Of a stretch of 64,000 nucleotides of DNA, positions 19,601 to 29,118 are shown one piece after another. The stretch is from a virus. The notes below the pieces were generated by a model. That model was given only the letters and a program-made list of their open reading frames with translations. It searched no databases and was not told the origin of the DNA. The position numbers and the translations under genes were made by a program. Numbering within the stretch: the stretch's first letter is position 1; every line of letters begins with the position of its first letter. The stretch lies in the IMG/VR virus record IMGVR_UViG_3300049046_000039, positions 1 to 64,000 of that record. One strand, given 5' to 3'.

Positions 19601-19834
19601 GAAACCTATCGATCCAGTGTAACCAACAGAGCCGGTATAGCCGTCTCGACCGATAACACCGTCCTGACCAGCCGACCCAGTATAGCCTCGCATAGCAGCC
19701 ATAGCTCTTATCGCAAGATCTTCGCTGTACTCTTCGTAAGTTACTCTTGTCGTTGCCGCCGCCTCAGACACGACAACCTGCGTAGGAACCTGTCCTATCG
19801 TGTTTAGAACAGTAACTTTTATGTTATATGTCAT
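16658..19834 (-). CDS. Long collagen-like (Gly-X-Y) tail fibre/whisker protein
   Basis: Hundreds of residues of [12 protein letters not shown] triplets interrupted by globular knobs. Confidence 0.85.
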   Translation of the reverse strand: MTYNIKVTVLNTIGQVPTQVVVSEAAATTRVTYEEYSEDLAIRAMAAMRGYTGSAGQDGVIGRDGYTGSVGYTGSIGFTGSAGFTGSASTAVGPTGFTGSIGYTGSQGETGFTGSASTAVGPTGFTGSIGFTGSQGSTGATGFTGSQGVVGPTGLTGSQGVVGLTGSQGAIGPIGFTGSQGAIGPTGFNGSIGATGPTGLTGSRGFTGSQGATGPIGPTGLTGSQGATGPTGLTGSQGATGPVGFTGSIGQGINIIGELANPGLLPPTGSSGDAYLISGNLWVWNGSAWQDVGSIQGPAGATGFTGSQGATGPTGFTGSQGAVGPTGFNGSTGFTGSQGATGPTGPIGPTGFTGSASTVAGPTGFTGSAGATGPTGFTGSTGFTGSASTVAGPTGFTGSQGAVGPTGFTGSQGAVGPTGFTGSAGTTGPTGPTGPTGFTGSASTVAGPTGFTGSQGATGPTGPTGFNGSVGFTGSAGATGPTGFTGSASTVAGPTGFTGSQGATGPTGPTGFTGSQGATGPTGPTGFNGSVGFTGSQGATGPTGFNGSVGFTGSQGTTGFTGSQGIRGGVQYTFSTTTTAADPGAGTVRFNNATIASVSSIYIDDLDATGVNVSAWIDTFGTSTNTANRGKLVFQNSTTGLPIIFTITGAVVNSTGYRTLTVSYVSGTLPTNGTSLVLSFARTGDVGFTGSQGATGPTGFNGSVGFTGSAGATGPTGFTGSAGATGPTGFTGSAGATGPTGFTGSASTVAGPTGFTGSAGATGPTGFTGSQGATGPTGFTGSAGATGPTGFTGSASTVAGPTGPTGFTGSVGGDGGWAPVTATGTGASQNITIPETATANQVLVFVEGVHQPASQYSITGTTLTTTQPNGSDIVIVRYGAGANGSTGAHYPITLPSGLYTSQTLNGSFTSTDVVTGNAVWTPFIPSHDIVVDALAIEVTTASGSGGSTISLGIYDSNASRKPNNRLVSVSVAGDSTGDKVGTFSSITLNAGTLYFIATTASVTTTVRTIGNSASMVLYYNGASGVNGFYTFVGGALPATAGTVIDAAGSVALVRIRVA
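17402..19690 (-). repeat. Degenerate coding repeats (Gly-X-Y triplets)
   Basis: gaaccagtgaagccagttggtccagtcgcacc-type units. Confidence 0.85.
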
Positions 19835-20144
19835 TTGCTACGTTCACCGGTATCTTGCTTCTGATGACTACAGTTCCGTCAGTCTTTTCGACTGTAGTAA
19901 CTAAAACGTATCCAGAGCCTCTAGAGTCTAATGACTCAGTTTGTTCGGACGTGAGCTCCACGATGTAACCGTTACCAGACGCTAATGAAGAAACAACGAA
20001 TGGCGACGGACCGACTTCGGTCTGCCACCTCAGCTGTATATCAGTCGTCCACGAACCATCGTTAAGATTGAGTGCCGTGTTGGCTTGAGTAGCCTCCACA
20101 AAGAGGCTGAATGGATAGCCTTTTACTATTCGAATGTTGCTCAT
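19824..20144 (-). CDS. Putative fibre attachment/baseplate-upper-like protein
   Basis: First gene after late-like promoter AATAAATA (20164-20171); VELTSEQT..L motif. Confidence 0.5.
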   Translation of the reverse strand: MSNIRIVKGYPFSLFVEATQANTALNLNDGSWTTDIQLRWQTEVGPSPFVVSSLASGNGYIVELTSEQTESLDSRGSGYVLVTTVEKTDGTVVIRSKIPVNVANDI

Positions 20145-20184
20145 GCATTACCTCTCTTTACATTATTTATTAGACTGCAGCCTA

Positions 20185-20213
20185 TTGACATTTTTATAAG
20201 CCTATGATATAAT
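20185..20213 (+). promoter_or_regulatory. Sigma70-type promoter
   Basis: TTGACA-N17-TATAAT with an extended TG. Confidence 0.85.
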
Positions 20214-20235
20214 CTGATATCGGCTGAAAATAAGG

Positions 20236-21387
20236 ATGATTATGACCGTAGTAACACGTGAGACTATCTATAAGCGCACCAAGACTGGTAAGGTTCAGAT
20301 CTGGTACGGACAGTTAGAAGGTAACAAGTATCGAACTATCTCTGGTCAGGAAGACGGCAAGAAAACCGAGTCGGAATGGACAGTATGCGAGGGTAAGAAC
20401 TTAGGTCGCTCTAACGAGACTACGCCTAGACAACAGGCAGCTTTCGAACTCGACGCGATGTACAAGAAGAAGCTCGAAAGAGAGTATCACCGAACTAAGG
20501 ACACCATCGACGTAGAGCGCTACGTAAAGCCGATGAAGTCTATCAAGTGGTACGACGACTTCAAGAAGCGTCCTTCTGCTAACGTTCAGATCGCTCTTCA
20601 GCCCAAGCTGGACGGAATGAGATGCATCGCTACCGAAGATGGAATGAAGTCTCAGGACGGCAAGATCATTCCTGGTGCGGTGTTTCTTAACGAAGCTCTC
20701 AAGGAGCTGATGCAAGAGTATATCGGTCTGGCTCTCGACGGCGAGCTCTACAATCACGAATACTGTGACGACTTCGAAGGACTGATGAGCCTGCTAAAGA
20801 AAGAGACCAGAACGGTCGCCGAAGACGAAGAGATCAAGCAGAAAGTACAGTTCCACATCTACGACTTGGCTTCCAGTGCTGGCAACTACCAGGTAAGATA
20901 CGATCTGCTCGAAGGCACTATTATGCCGAAGCTTCAGCAGCACGGTTCGATGTTTCAACTAACGTACACCGAATTTCATATTCCTTCTTCAGTCGCAGAA
21001 AGAGACCAGACTGTCGAGGACTTCAACCAGGCCTGTCTCAACGCTCACTACGAAGGATCGATGGTACGAATCGTAAGTGGCAAGTACAAGAACGGTCGCA
21101 CTAACGACATGTTCAAGGTCAAGAAGTTCCAGGACGACGAGTTTCTTATCTTGGACGTGCACGAGGGTAAGGGTAACTGGACTGGATGCGCTAAAGCTCT
21201 CGTGGTAAGAGTTCCTAACGGTGAGTCCTGTAAGGCTACCGTAAAGGGAGACATGGAGTACTGCCGAGACCTCTGGAATCGTCGTGAAGAAGTTAAGGGT
21301 AAGATGGCGACAATTAACTTTCTTCGCTACTCCAAGAAGGGAATGCTTAATCTTCCGGTCGTTAAGACTATCAGATGGGATGTGTAA
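20236..21387 (+). CDS. ATP-dependent DNA ligase with an N-terminal extension
   Basis: Motif I QPKLDGMR, LDGELY, FHIYD, EGSMVR, KVKKFQDDE, OB-fold tail. Confidence 0.9.
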   Translation: MIMTVVTRETIYKRTKTGKVQIWYGQLEGNKYRTISGQEDGKKTESEWTVCEGKNLGRSNETTPRQQAAFELDAMYKKKLEREYHRTKDTIDVERYVKPMKSIKWYDDFKKRPSANVQIALQPKLDGMRCIATEDGMKSQDGKIIPGAVFLNEALKELMQEYIGLALDGELYNHEYCDDFEGLMSLLKKETRTVAEDEEIKQKVQFHIYDLASSAGNYQVRYDLLEGTIMPKLQQHGSMFQLTYTEFHIPSSVAERDQTVEDFNQACLNAHYEGSMVRIVSGKYKNGRTNDMFKVKKFQDDEFLILDVHEGKGNWTGCAKALVVRVPNGESCKATVKGDMEYCRDLWNRREEVKGKMATINFLRYSKKGMLNLPVVKTIRWDV

Positions 21388-21752
21388 TGCATATATTTCT
21401 AGACGACGAGAGAGTGCCCGGCCACGTTAGTTGGGTAGCTATTCCTAGAGCGAACTGGACTATCGTAAGAAGTTACGAAGAGTTTGTCGAGCTCATCAAG
21501 TCTGCCGAACATATCGAGTTCGTGTCTTTCGATCACGATCTTGGATACGAACACTACGGGCACGGTCTTAACGGTGACATCATTCCGTACGACTCGTACG
21601 CCGAGAAGACTGGAATGCACTGCGCTAAAGCTCTCATAGACTGGTGCCTCGACCGAGGTAAGCTCTTACCTGAGTTTGAGGTGCACTCGCTAAATCCTGT
21701 TGGGCGAGACAATATTAGAAACATACTTAACAGGTTTAGATCTACGCAGTAA
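21387..21752 (+). CDS. Cyclic-phosphate-processing receiver-like domain protein
   Basis: IFLDDER, SFDHDLG, TG, VHSLNPVG motifs; TAATG-coupled to the ligase. Confidence 0.75.
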   Translation: MHIFLDDERVPGHVSWVAIPRANWTIVRSYEEFVELIKSAEHIEFVSFDHDLGYEHYGHGLNGDIIPYDSYAEKTGMHCAKALIDWCLDRGKLLPEFEVHSLNPVGRDNIRNILNRFRSTQ

Positions 21753-21786
21753 CTTTGTAGTTTACAATTGTTTTAACTTGGTATAT

Positions 21787-21837
21787 AAGCCCTAGTACTA
21801 GTATGGTAATCAGGCCATATAGTACTAGGGCTTTTTT
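21787..21837 (+). terminator. Hairpin/terminator overlapping an early promoter (TTTACA 21761, TATAAG 21784)
   Basis: 14-bp stem AAGCCCTAGTACTA/TAGTACTAGGGCTT followed by a T tract. Confidence 0.7.
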
Positions 21838-21840
21838 GTT

Positions 21841-22668
21841 ATGCAGCTTAGTGACGTTATCGATCATTTCATTACCAAAGAAGGTTCGTATCTCGACGAC
21901 AAGTGTCGCGTTGATAACGGCAAGTTCTACTACCTGGGCAATCTGGTAGCGATCAAGAGTAAGAGTGGAGTTCTTATCTCCAGCGGCGTCAATCAGGAGC
22001 TCAGCGATGCCCTGATCTACGGCCTCGCCAAGAACGGTCTGAGTCTGCAGCGGGTCAATCTCGGCAGCCTGACCAACTACACGGCAAGAATCAGCGATCT
22101 CGAAGGTGGAAAGATCGAGAGCTTCAAGCAGATCGCCGATCTCTACGGGATGGAGTACACCGAAGAAGAGGTCAACTCTTTCGCTACGGCGACGGCGTTC
22201 AAGGAGCGCGTCAAGGAGTTCTTCGAGAGAGTACACCAGCAAGAAGCTGAAGAGAGGCGCAAGGCCGAAGCCGCGGCTATGGACGCTATCACTCGCAAGG
22301 CTATCGAAGAGTGGGATCTCGGCAAGGGCAGCGCTCGCGACAGCCGAGTCAAGGGTGAGGGTGGTGGTCTCCGTCTTCGCCGGCACGACTCTGGTTCGAA
22401 GAATTACGTCTATACCAGCCAGGGTGAGAAGACTACTCTCAGCGTCGTTAGGAAGGCGTGGAACTTCGCGTGTCAGCACTGGTATCTCGGTAAGGAACTG
22501 CAGTACGGTGAAGCCACCAAGTCAGTTTCAAGCGGCAGCTATTACAGCTCTGGTCGATCTGCTACTGTAACCAAGGACACTATCGCTATCGGGTGTCAGA
22601 AGGTTACGAAGGCTGAAGCTGAGCGCTTCGCTGCTCTGCAGGGCTGGAACAAGGAAGGCACCAACTGA
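21841..22668 (+). CDS. Hypothetical protein
   Basis: 275-aa ORF with phage-like codon usage. Confidence 0.75.
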   Translation: MQLSDVIDHFITKEGSYLDDKCRVDNGKFYYLGNLVAIKSKSGVLISSGVNQELSDALIYGLAKNGLSLQRVNLGSLTNYTARISDLEGGKIESFKQIADLYGMEYTEEEVNSFATATAFKERVKEFFERVHQQEAEERRKAEAAAMDAITRKAIEEWDLGKGSARDSRVKGEGGGLRLRRHDSGSKNYVYTSQGEKTTLSVVRKAWNFACQHWYLGKELQYGEATKSVSSGSYYSSGRSATVTKDTIAIGCQKVTKAEAERFAALQGWNKEGTN

Positions 22669-23090
22669 TGAAGAGCGCTCGCGAACATGGTGAAGATCTG
22701 CTGAAACAGCTCAACTGGTTTCATCGCCTTCTTCACAATTTTGGCGGGCTGCTCACACTGTACGCTCTTACTGTCTGCTTGTCGGCAGGTCTCTACTCGT
22801 ACTTCGAGAGCAAGACCTTCTTCGACTCAGTATGGTGGGCTATGGTGACTGGCACTACGGTGGGATACGGTGACATGTATCCCACCACTGTCGGTGGCAG
22901 GCTAGTCGGAATGTTTCAGATGCACGTAGTTCCGTTCTTTATCGTGCCGTTCATCGTTGCCAAGATCCTCAACACTATGATGATCGACGAGCACGAGTTC
23001 AATCACGAAGAGCAGGAACTGATGAAGAAGGACGTTAGAGAAATCAAGGACTCTCTTAACGCACTCGTCTCAGGACAGTCGAAAAGCTGA
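22668..23090 (+). CDS. KcsA-like two-TM potassium channel
   Basis: TM helix, pore helix [17 protein letters not shown], second TM helix. Confidence 0.9.
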   Translation: MKSAREHGEDLLKQLNWFHRLLHNFGGLLTLYALTVCLSAGLYSYFESKTFFDSVWWAMVTGTTVGYGDMYPTTVGGRLVGMFQMHVVPFFIVPFIVAKILNTMMIDEHEFNHEEQELMKKDVREIKDSLNALVSGQSKS

Positions 23091-23478
23091 AGTTCTGGCT
23101 CTGATCGTTAACTAAGGCGAGCAGGATGTTTACTATGTAAGTGTCCTGCGTGCCGTTATAAGTCACGCTTATATCTCTTAGAGCAGCACGTGGTTCGTGC
23201 TGCTCTATTGTTGTTTGTATTGCAGACTTAAGAAGCTCTTCTGAGATAGAGTCGGCTGGTTCGAACAGTATTCTCTTGATGTTGCTGCCAATGCTAGAGT
23301 CAAACAGTCTCTCACCACGGTTAGTAAGAAGTAGGTTACGAATAGATCGAATCACGGCTTTCTCGTTAGACACGCGAGCTAGCTCGCCGCTGATAGGATT
23401 CCTGTCAAAGTTCATCAGGAAGTCTGCATAGTACTCAGACTTCTTCGACGTAACCGTTATTTTATCTGCTCTACTCAT
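23056..23478 (-). CDS. gp25: Baseplate wedge subunit gp25
   Basis: [25 protein letters not shown]...LFEP...IEQHEPR. Confidence 0.9.
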   Translation of the reverse strand: MSRADKITVTSKKSEYYADFLMNFDRNPISGELARVSNEKAVIRSIRNLLLTNRGERLFDSSIGSNIKRILFEPADSISEELLKSAIQTTIEQHEPRAALRDISVTYNGTQDTYIVNILLALVNDQSQNFSFSTVLRRVR

Positions 23479-24074
23479 TATAGACCTCTTACGATATTAA
23501 CCGACGCACCGCGAATAGTAACATCCGAGTCTGCTTTTATTCTTACGCTGGAAGCTTCCATGTCGATGCTTCCTCCGCCTACTATAGAAGTGTCGCCCTT
23601 TACGTCTATTTCGGCGTCCTTCTCGACTTTTACGTTCAGGTTGCTGTCAACCTTGGCAGTCATAGAACCCTCGACTTTAGTAACAGCATCGCCGCCTATC
23701 ATCTGGACTGAGTCACCGAGTGTAGCGACCGTAGAGTCGCCAGAGACTACAGTGTTCATGTTACCGTAGACTTCGGCCTGCACGTCACCCTCCACTACCA
23801 GCCTCAGGTTACCCGCAATCTTAATGTCGCCATTGTTCTCGACAGTAAGAGTTAGACCGCCCTTAACGTACTTATAGTCGTCTCCAACGACCAGCTCGAC
23901 TTTACGACCGTCAGCACTTACCTCAAAGAACGTTCCAGACTTGTGAGCCTGTCTCAGTCTTTCGTGACCTGGTGTGTCGTCGACGTGAAACTCGTGTCCA
24001 GACCTACTCACCGTGACGGCGTTGAATGGATACTGCGCGTTAAATGTAGACGCTGGTAGTCTGTTGTTAGCCAT
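23478..24074 (-). CDS. gp5: Baseplate spike gp5, C-terminal beta-helix part
   Basis: YPFN.V..SRSGHEFHVDDTPGHERL...HKSGTF.E followed by VxG repeats. Confidence 0.85.
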   Translation of the reverse strand: MANNRLPASTFNAQYPFNAVTVSRSGHEFHVDDTPGHERLRQAHKSGTFFEVSADGRKVELVVGDDYKYVKGGLTLTVENNGDIKIAGNLRLVVEGDVQAEVYGNMNTVVSGDSTVATLGDSVQMIGGDAVTKVEGSMTAKVDSNLNVKVEKDAEIDVKGDTSIVGGGSIDMEASSVRIKADSDVTIRGASVNIVRGL

Positions 24075-25008
24075 TGTTCTTTCTTCTAGCTGCTCTCTTA
24101 ATCTGGTCGAAAGTTCTCTCGACAGATCTGACTCTAGTCGTCATAGTAAACGCTAGACCAGATACTCTATTTACAGCATCCTGAGACGAGCCTATACTCT
24201 TCTTTGATAGTCTCTCACTAATCGATCCGACTAAGTGATTGGCTCTGTCGAACTCTACGCCGTCGATGTTAGTGACTATGCCGATAGTATCGCTTACTGT
24301 TGGAGGAACTATCTCACCGCGTCCTGTTATCGCACCGAAGATAGAACCACCCACCCCAGTCACTAGCTGAGGATTTACGTTTAAGTCGTCTAGACCCTCT
24401 TCTATAGTGCTGTCAATGGCATTAGTCAGGTCACTAGTAAATCCCGAGATAATACTATTAAGCTGCTCAACTGGCGCATCAATCAGTGTTGATCTAAGGG
24501 ATTGAATCTGTTGTGATATTTGACGCATACTTTGGATCGCGTTGGAAAACTGGCCATTTTCAATAAAACCCACCATATCCTCAATATTTTGGCCAGTATA
24601 CTCAATAGATCCTATAGTTTTGCTTTCTATGAACTTGAGCTCTGAAGTCGCTACGTTAAAGATGCTGTCTTCGAGAACTTCGTTAAAGTCCTCACCCGCG
24701 TTTGCTTTTGGAAAGTCTCTGACCGTGTCCGAGTTTCTACCAAGAGTACCCTCGACAATAGGAATCTGACGTATGTCGCCGTCAGCAAACGTACCTACTA
24801 CGACCGTGCCTACCACGACTCCAGTGATAGGTCCAGCGATGCCAGAGCTAACTGGATTCGTTACTGGATATATACACCTAGCCCAAGGAAGCATGTTGTC
24901 TGGAACGCTCTGCTCGTCGTCGTGCATTCCAAATATTCTGATTCGTAGACGACCTGCCTGCTCTGGATCGTTTACGTCTACGACTCGAGCTATAAATCTA
25001 CCGTTCAT
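24067..25008 (-). CDS. gp5: Baseplate spike gp5, N-terminal OB-fold part
   Basis: VVDVNDPEQAGRLRIRIFG.H...LPWA...V.GTFADG...Q.P...GT. Confidence 0.85.
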   Translation of the reverse strand: MNGRFIARVVDVNDPEQAGRLRIRIFGMHDDEQSVPDNMLPWARCIYPVTNPVSSGIAGPITGVVVGTVVVGTFADGDIRQIPIVEGTLGRNSDTVRDFPKANAGEDFNEVLEDSIFNVATSELKFIESKTIGSIEYTGQNIEDMVGFIENGQFSNAIQSMRQISQQIQSLRSTLIDAPVEQLNSIISGFTSDLTNAIDSTIEEGLDDLNVNPQLVTGVGGSIFGAITGRGEIVPPTVSDTIGIVTNIDGVEFDRANHLVGSISERLSKKSIGSSQDAVNRVSGLAFTMTTRVRSVERTFDQIKRAARRKNNG

Positions 25009-26231
25009 CTTCTAACGTCCTTATAAGCGCCCTTGATGCACTCCATCGAGCACGTGTATCTCGGGTTGTTGCCAGAAGGACCTATCTCGTGTCTTATAGA
25101 TCCGATTATGTACTTACCGCTCATCTGAGCGTGTAGTTCTGGCGCTCTAGTTGCGGTCGATGTCTCGACGATATTAGCCTCAAGACCGATTCCCGCAGTG
25201 AGCTCAGAATCCCCAAAAGTATTTAACCATAGGATACCTTGCCTATACAGGCTTGTCCCACTCGAGAGGGCTCCAGATCCATCTGAGATAAACGTATCTG
25301 GATTGCCTGAGTCATGGGCTATCCATGCATTGGAACCGGCAGTTCTACCATAGTTAACTCTAGTGAGTTCGTAATCTGGATCTGTAGAATTACCGTCGGC
25401 GCTGGCAAAGTCTTCGGGATTAAACGTCGATAGCTTCGCGGTGTACTCTAGAGTCTTGTAGTCGAACTTCTGTATCTCTTTGGCTAGACCACCCTTGTGT
25501 AGTCTGTCAACCATGTCGAACTGCTTGGACTGCGAGTAAGCCAGGATATTTCTGAAGACTGGTCTAGATATGTCTACGTTACTCGTAGGATTGTTGAAGA
25601 ACACTCTGTCTCCGACCTGGATGTTCTTCAACATGTTCTCGATAGTCTTGTAGTGTATTCCCTCTTGGTTCTCGAAGAATACGTAAGAAGAAGACATGTC
25701 TTCGCTAGAAGTCGATCTCTGTCTAAGAAGCTTAATAGCCTTGAATGGTCTTACGTTAGGCAGCACTACGTTCTGTATTCCGCGCGTTGGCTGAACCATC
25801 ACCTTCTTTCTAGTTCGTAGATACTGCTTGATTACGTCTTCTATGATGTTAGACACCGTGGTGTTGTACGCTTTAGAAACTCTGATAGTCTTGTTCTTAA
25901 GAACCTCTGGAGTCGTGGCGTATATCTTGTACACCTTAGATCGCATGTTCTCGCCAGGCTCTGCTTCCTGAATAGAAGTCACTCTTAGGTCGTATATCGC
26001 GGTCTTTCTACCTGGCGCGGTAAACTCGATATACAGTCGTTCCGTTCCTAAGATAGGAAGTAGAGAAGCTAGGTTCATCGTATCCCATACGACTAGCTCG
26101 GCTATAGTTCCAGGCATGAAGATAGACTCTTCGACCATCAGTCCCTGAACGTGCTCTACTAAGTTAAGCACACCCCTGTTAGTGTAGAGACTTATAGTGT
26201 TGATCACTACCTCTCCGGCTACGGTGTTCAT
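25005..26231 (-). CDS. Baseplate hub/tail protein (gp27-like)
   Basis: Position between gp53 and gp5; YVFFEN..G.HYKTIE and SGKYII..IRH motifs. Confidence 0.6.
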   Translation of the reverse strand: MNTVAGEVVINTISLYTNRGVLNLVEHVQGLMVEESIFMPGTIAELVVWDTMNLASLLPILGTERLYIEFTAPGRKTAIYDLRVTSIQEAEPGENMRSKVYKIYATTPEVLKNKTIRVSKAYNTTVSNIIEDVIKQYLRTRKKVMVQPTRGIQNVVLPNVRPFKAIKLLRQRSTSSEDMSSSYVFFENQEGIHYKTIENMLKNIQVGDRVFFNNPTSNVDISRPVFRNILAYSQSKQFDMVDRLHKGGLAKEIQKFDYKTLEYTAKLSTFNPEDFASADGNSTDPDYELTRVNYGRTAGSNAWIAHDSGNPDTFISDGSGALSSGTSLYRQGILWLNTFGDSELTAGIGLEANIVETSTATRAPELHAQMSGKYIIGSIRHEIGPSGNNPRYTCSMECIKGAYKDVRR

Positions 26232-26232
26232 C

Positions 26233-26886
26233 TTAATCTCTTAATAGTTGTCTGAGGTTAGAAGCTGCAGTTTCGGCTAGCCTGTTGTCCAGCAGACGAA
26301 TGTGCGCTTTGTCTGCGTTTCTCTCTTCTTCCATGTCGTATGCTGTTACAGGAGACCAGTAAGACTGCTCTTCGACTGGAACCGACAAAGTGACGTTTCC
26401 TTCGTCATCTTTAGCGACAGCCTCGTAGTCTATCTTCTTGCGCTCGTAGACCATTGGAAGATTATTGCTGTCAAACGCTGGAGTCCAGTACTTCTTTGCG
26501 TAGGCTGGAAGATTGTTGTACTGAGTGTTGTTTAGCTTCGTAGTATCCTCGTACCAGTTAACTCGATACGACACTATCTTGGCTCTGGCCTGCTCCATAG
26601 AGCCGTACTTGTCTCGTATGTAGTCGTTAAAAGTCATGCTGTCCATAGGCCACTCGTAGTAAGGATCTACGATGTTGTTGCTCATGTAGACGAGCCACAC
26701 AAAGTCAGTGCTGCCGTAGTATCTCTCTGCAACCTGATCTGGACGAATGCCGTCCTTTACCTGATACGGATAGAACGCTAGACGATTACCAAATATGCTG
26801 TTGAGGATTGCAACTCGCTTGGTTATATCTATCGCTATAGATCCATTGTAGTTTATAGTCGAAAAGTTTTGAAAGTATCTACTCAT
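26233..26886 (-). CDS. gp53: Baseplate wedge subunit gp53
   Basis: YF.NF..I.Y; RPDQVAERYYG...WLV...NNIVDPYYEWP; YDMEE..N..K..I. Confidence 0.9.
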   Translation of the reverse strand: MSRYFQNFSTINYNGSIAIDITKRVAILNSIFGNRLAFYPYQVKDGIRPDQVAERYYGSTDFVWLVYMSNNIVDPYYEWPMDSMTFNDYIRDKYGSMEQARAKIVSYRVNWYEDTTKLNNTQYNNLPAYAKKYWTPAFDSNNLPMVYERKKIDYEAVAKDDEGNVTLSVPVEEQSYWSPVTAYDMEEERNADKAHIRLLDNRLAETAASNLRQLLRD

Positions 26887-27968
26887 AGGCCACCTCCTCC
26901 TACGTTTCCAAGATCTATTACTCTTGGAGAAGCTATGTCGTTAAAGTCTCCGTTACCAACTGTAGGAAGCTTTCCATCTAGAAGAGAGTCGTTATCGCCA
27001 TTTCTCCATAGTTCTATTTCATTTAGACTTATAGAGAAAGATATGTTTACAGGTGCCTTAGTTCTACCGAAGAATCCAGGCACTTTCTGAGGAGCGTAGT
27101 CTACGTCTATTCCAGATATAACGCATGGCTTGAATCTATATAAGTTTTCAGCAATTTCAGTCGGACCAAAGTTTGGTATAACTATCATCGGATACTTGTA
27201 AAAGCCACCAGCACCAAGCTCCATAAGTTCAGGATATGCTGCTTTCTTAAACGTGTTTATGATAGTCTTAACTATCGATGATTCGTCTTCGTTGTTTGGT
27301 GAAAAGTTCCAAGTGAACTGATGCGTCTTGAGTTCAGGACCTTTAAACACAACAGTTGAGAACGGGTTCTCTGCTATACCAGCCGCGCTAAGCGCTCCAT
27401 CTACTATATCGTTTCCTGCTATGCCTCTTGCTGCAGATAGAGTTGCACCTATACCAGCAGCGCCAGCACCCTGAAGTATATTAGTAAGACCTTCAGTCGA
27501 AAGTACTCTCTTCTTAAGAGAGTCGATTAAGCCGTCTGCGTTTGTAGCGCTAGCTTCAGTCGATCTAATTAGATTAGCTAGAGCTTCACCAAGAACACCA
27601 CCCTTTGCTATGCCGTAGTCTAGCTTACTAGAGTCTACTAGGTTGCTTGGTATAGGAAGAGAGATGTAGTTCTTTATTCCGTCAGTCTTTAAAGGCTCGA
27701 ACTGACTCGGTCTCTTATACTCCATAAAGGCGAAAGAAACGTATACCAGAGGAAAGTCTGTCGGATACTTTATAGCGTACTTGTTTGCAATGTATGAAGG
27801 ATCGCTGTCATCAATATACTTTCCAGGGTCTTCACTCTGGTCGAATCTAGCTCGCGTTCTGTCTGGCTCTCGATTGTCTAAAAACTCATTGATAGCAGAA
27901 GTCGCCCCCTGCACAGACGAAGGGATTCCATTGACTATTGCTGGCAGTAGAAATGGATTGATAGCCAT
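26883..27968 (-). CDS. gp48: Baseplate tail-tube cap gp48
   Basis: ISLPIPSNL.D; NPF..VVFKGPE.K...F.W.F.P; PCVI..I.VDY.P; late promoter upstream. Confidence 0.8.
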   Translation of the reverse strand: MAINPFLLPAIVNGIPSSVQGATSAINEFLDNREPDRTRARFDQSEDPGKYIDDSDPSYIANKYAIKYPTDFPLVYVSFAFMEYKRPSQFEPLKTDGIKNYISLPIPSNLVDSSKLDYGIAKGGVLGEALANLIRSTEASATNADGLIDSLKKRVLSTEGLTNILQGAGAAGIGATLSAARGIAGNDIVDGALSAAGIAENPFSTVVFKGPELKTHQFTWNFSPNNEDESSIVKTIINTFKKAAYPELMELGAGGFYKYPMIVIPNFGPTEIAENLYRFKPCVISGIDVDYAPQKVPGFFGRTKAPVNISFSISLNEIELWRNGDNDSLLDGKLPTVGNGDFNDIASPRVIDLGNVGGGGL

Positions 27969-27997
27969 TTGCGATCCTATAATTATAGCGTATGAGT

Positions 27998-28005
27998 TAT
28001 TTATA
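27998..28005 (-). promoter_or_regulatory. T4-type late promoter TATAAATA
   Basis: Exact consensus upstream of gp48. Confidence 0.75.
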
Positions 28006-28014
28006 GGTGCTACC

Positions 28015-28455
28015 ATGGCTTACAAAGGATTGTTCAAGCCAATAAACCCCCACAAATACAGAGGCGACGTTAACAACATCGTATATCGATCTAGATGGGA
28101 GTCTAGGTTCATGTCGTTCTGCGACACTAATCCTGACATAGTCGAGTGGTCTAGCGAAGAGTTCTTCATTCCGTATCGCTGCAAGACAGACGGTAGAATA
28201 CATCGGTACTTTCCAGACTTTAAGGTAAAGTGGCGTAAGAAAGACGGCACGACTGTAATTCAGGTCGTAGAGATAAAGCCACACCATCAGACAATTCCTC
28301 CGAGCAAGCCTCCTAGAATGAGTAAGCGTTACCTCAACGAGGCTATGACTTACGCTAAGAATAAGTCTAAGTGGGAGTATGCTCGAGAGTGGTGCGCTAA
28401 TAGAAACTACCAGTTTCTGATACTAACCGAAAAGAGTCTAGGCCTTCGCTTTTAA
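28015..28455 (+). CDS. gp4: Head completion nuclease gp4
   Basis: MAYKG.FKP.NP.KY.GD...IVYRSRWE...WSSEE..IPY...HRYFPDF...EIKP. Confidence 0.92.
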   Translation: MAYKGLFKPINPHKYRGDVNNIVYRSRWESRFMSFCDTNPDIVEWSSEEFFIPYRCKTDGRIHRYFPDFKVKWRKKDGTTVIQVVEIKPHHQTIPPSKPPRMSKRYLNEAMTYAKNKSKWEYAREWCANRNYQFLILTEKSLGLRF

Positions 28456-28470
28456 CACATAAATAATTGT

Positions 28471-29118
28471 ATGAAGAGAACTGAAGGTAAACTAAGCTAC
28501 ATATTCCAGCGCTTAGCGCAAGGTAAGCCTGACTCACTGAACTTAAATCAGCGAGGACAGCGTCAGGCTGCTCGAGACTGGTACAGAAAAGTAGCTTCTG
28601 AAATACAGTCTGTTAACGTTCCAAATCTGTTTCGTGGAAATGAAAGAGATCGTGTAGTAAAGACTATCAGCTACGACAACATCGGTCAGATGATAACTTT
28701 TAACTACGACGCTAAGTTAAAGGATAAGCTTCCGTACTGGGATAGAGTTCCACTCATATTCCCGATTGAAGTGTACGCCGACGGATTTCTTGGAATCAAC
28801 CTGCACTACCTTCCACCAATGTACAGAGCTAAGCTGATGGACGCTCTGTACACGACTATGAACAACGACAAGTACGACGCGACTACTAAGTTGCAGATAT
28901 CGTACAGCATAATGAAGGGTGTTCAGAAGTTTAGATACTTCGAACCATGCATTAAGAGATACCTAAACAGCCACGTTCAGTCTCAATTTGTACGCATCAA
29001 TCCTGACGAGTGGGACATGGCTCTAATGCTACCTACAGAAAGATTCGTCAAGAAGAGAAAAGAGTTCGTCTGGTCTGAAAGTGTTAAGAGACTAGGAAGA
29101 AGAAGGAAGCCTCGATAA
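28471..29118 (+). CDS. gp2: DNA end protector gp2
   Basis: YDAK.KD.LPYWD..PLIF...GFLGINLHYLPP..R...IKRYL..HV.S; CATAAATA upstream. Confidence 0.92.
   Translation: MKRTEGKLSYIFQRLAQGKPDSLNLNQRGQRQAARDWYRKVASEIQSVNVPNLFRGNERDRVVKTISYDNIGQMITFNYDAKLKDKLPYWDRVPLIFPIEVYADGFLGINLHYLPPMYRAKLMDALYTTMNNDKYDATTKLQISYSIMKGVQKFRYFEPCIKRYLNSHVQSQFVRINPDEWDMALMLPTERFVKKRKEFVWSESVKRLGRRRKPR

Noticed and set aside
27781-28014. N-terminal extension of gp4 in the ORF track
   Set aside because: It overlaps gp48 antisense; gp4 homology begins at MAYKG (28015)
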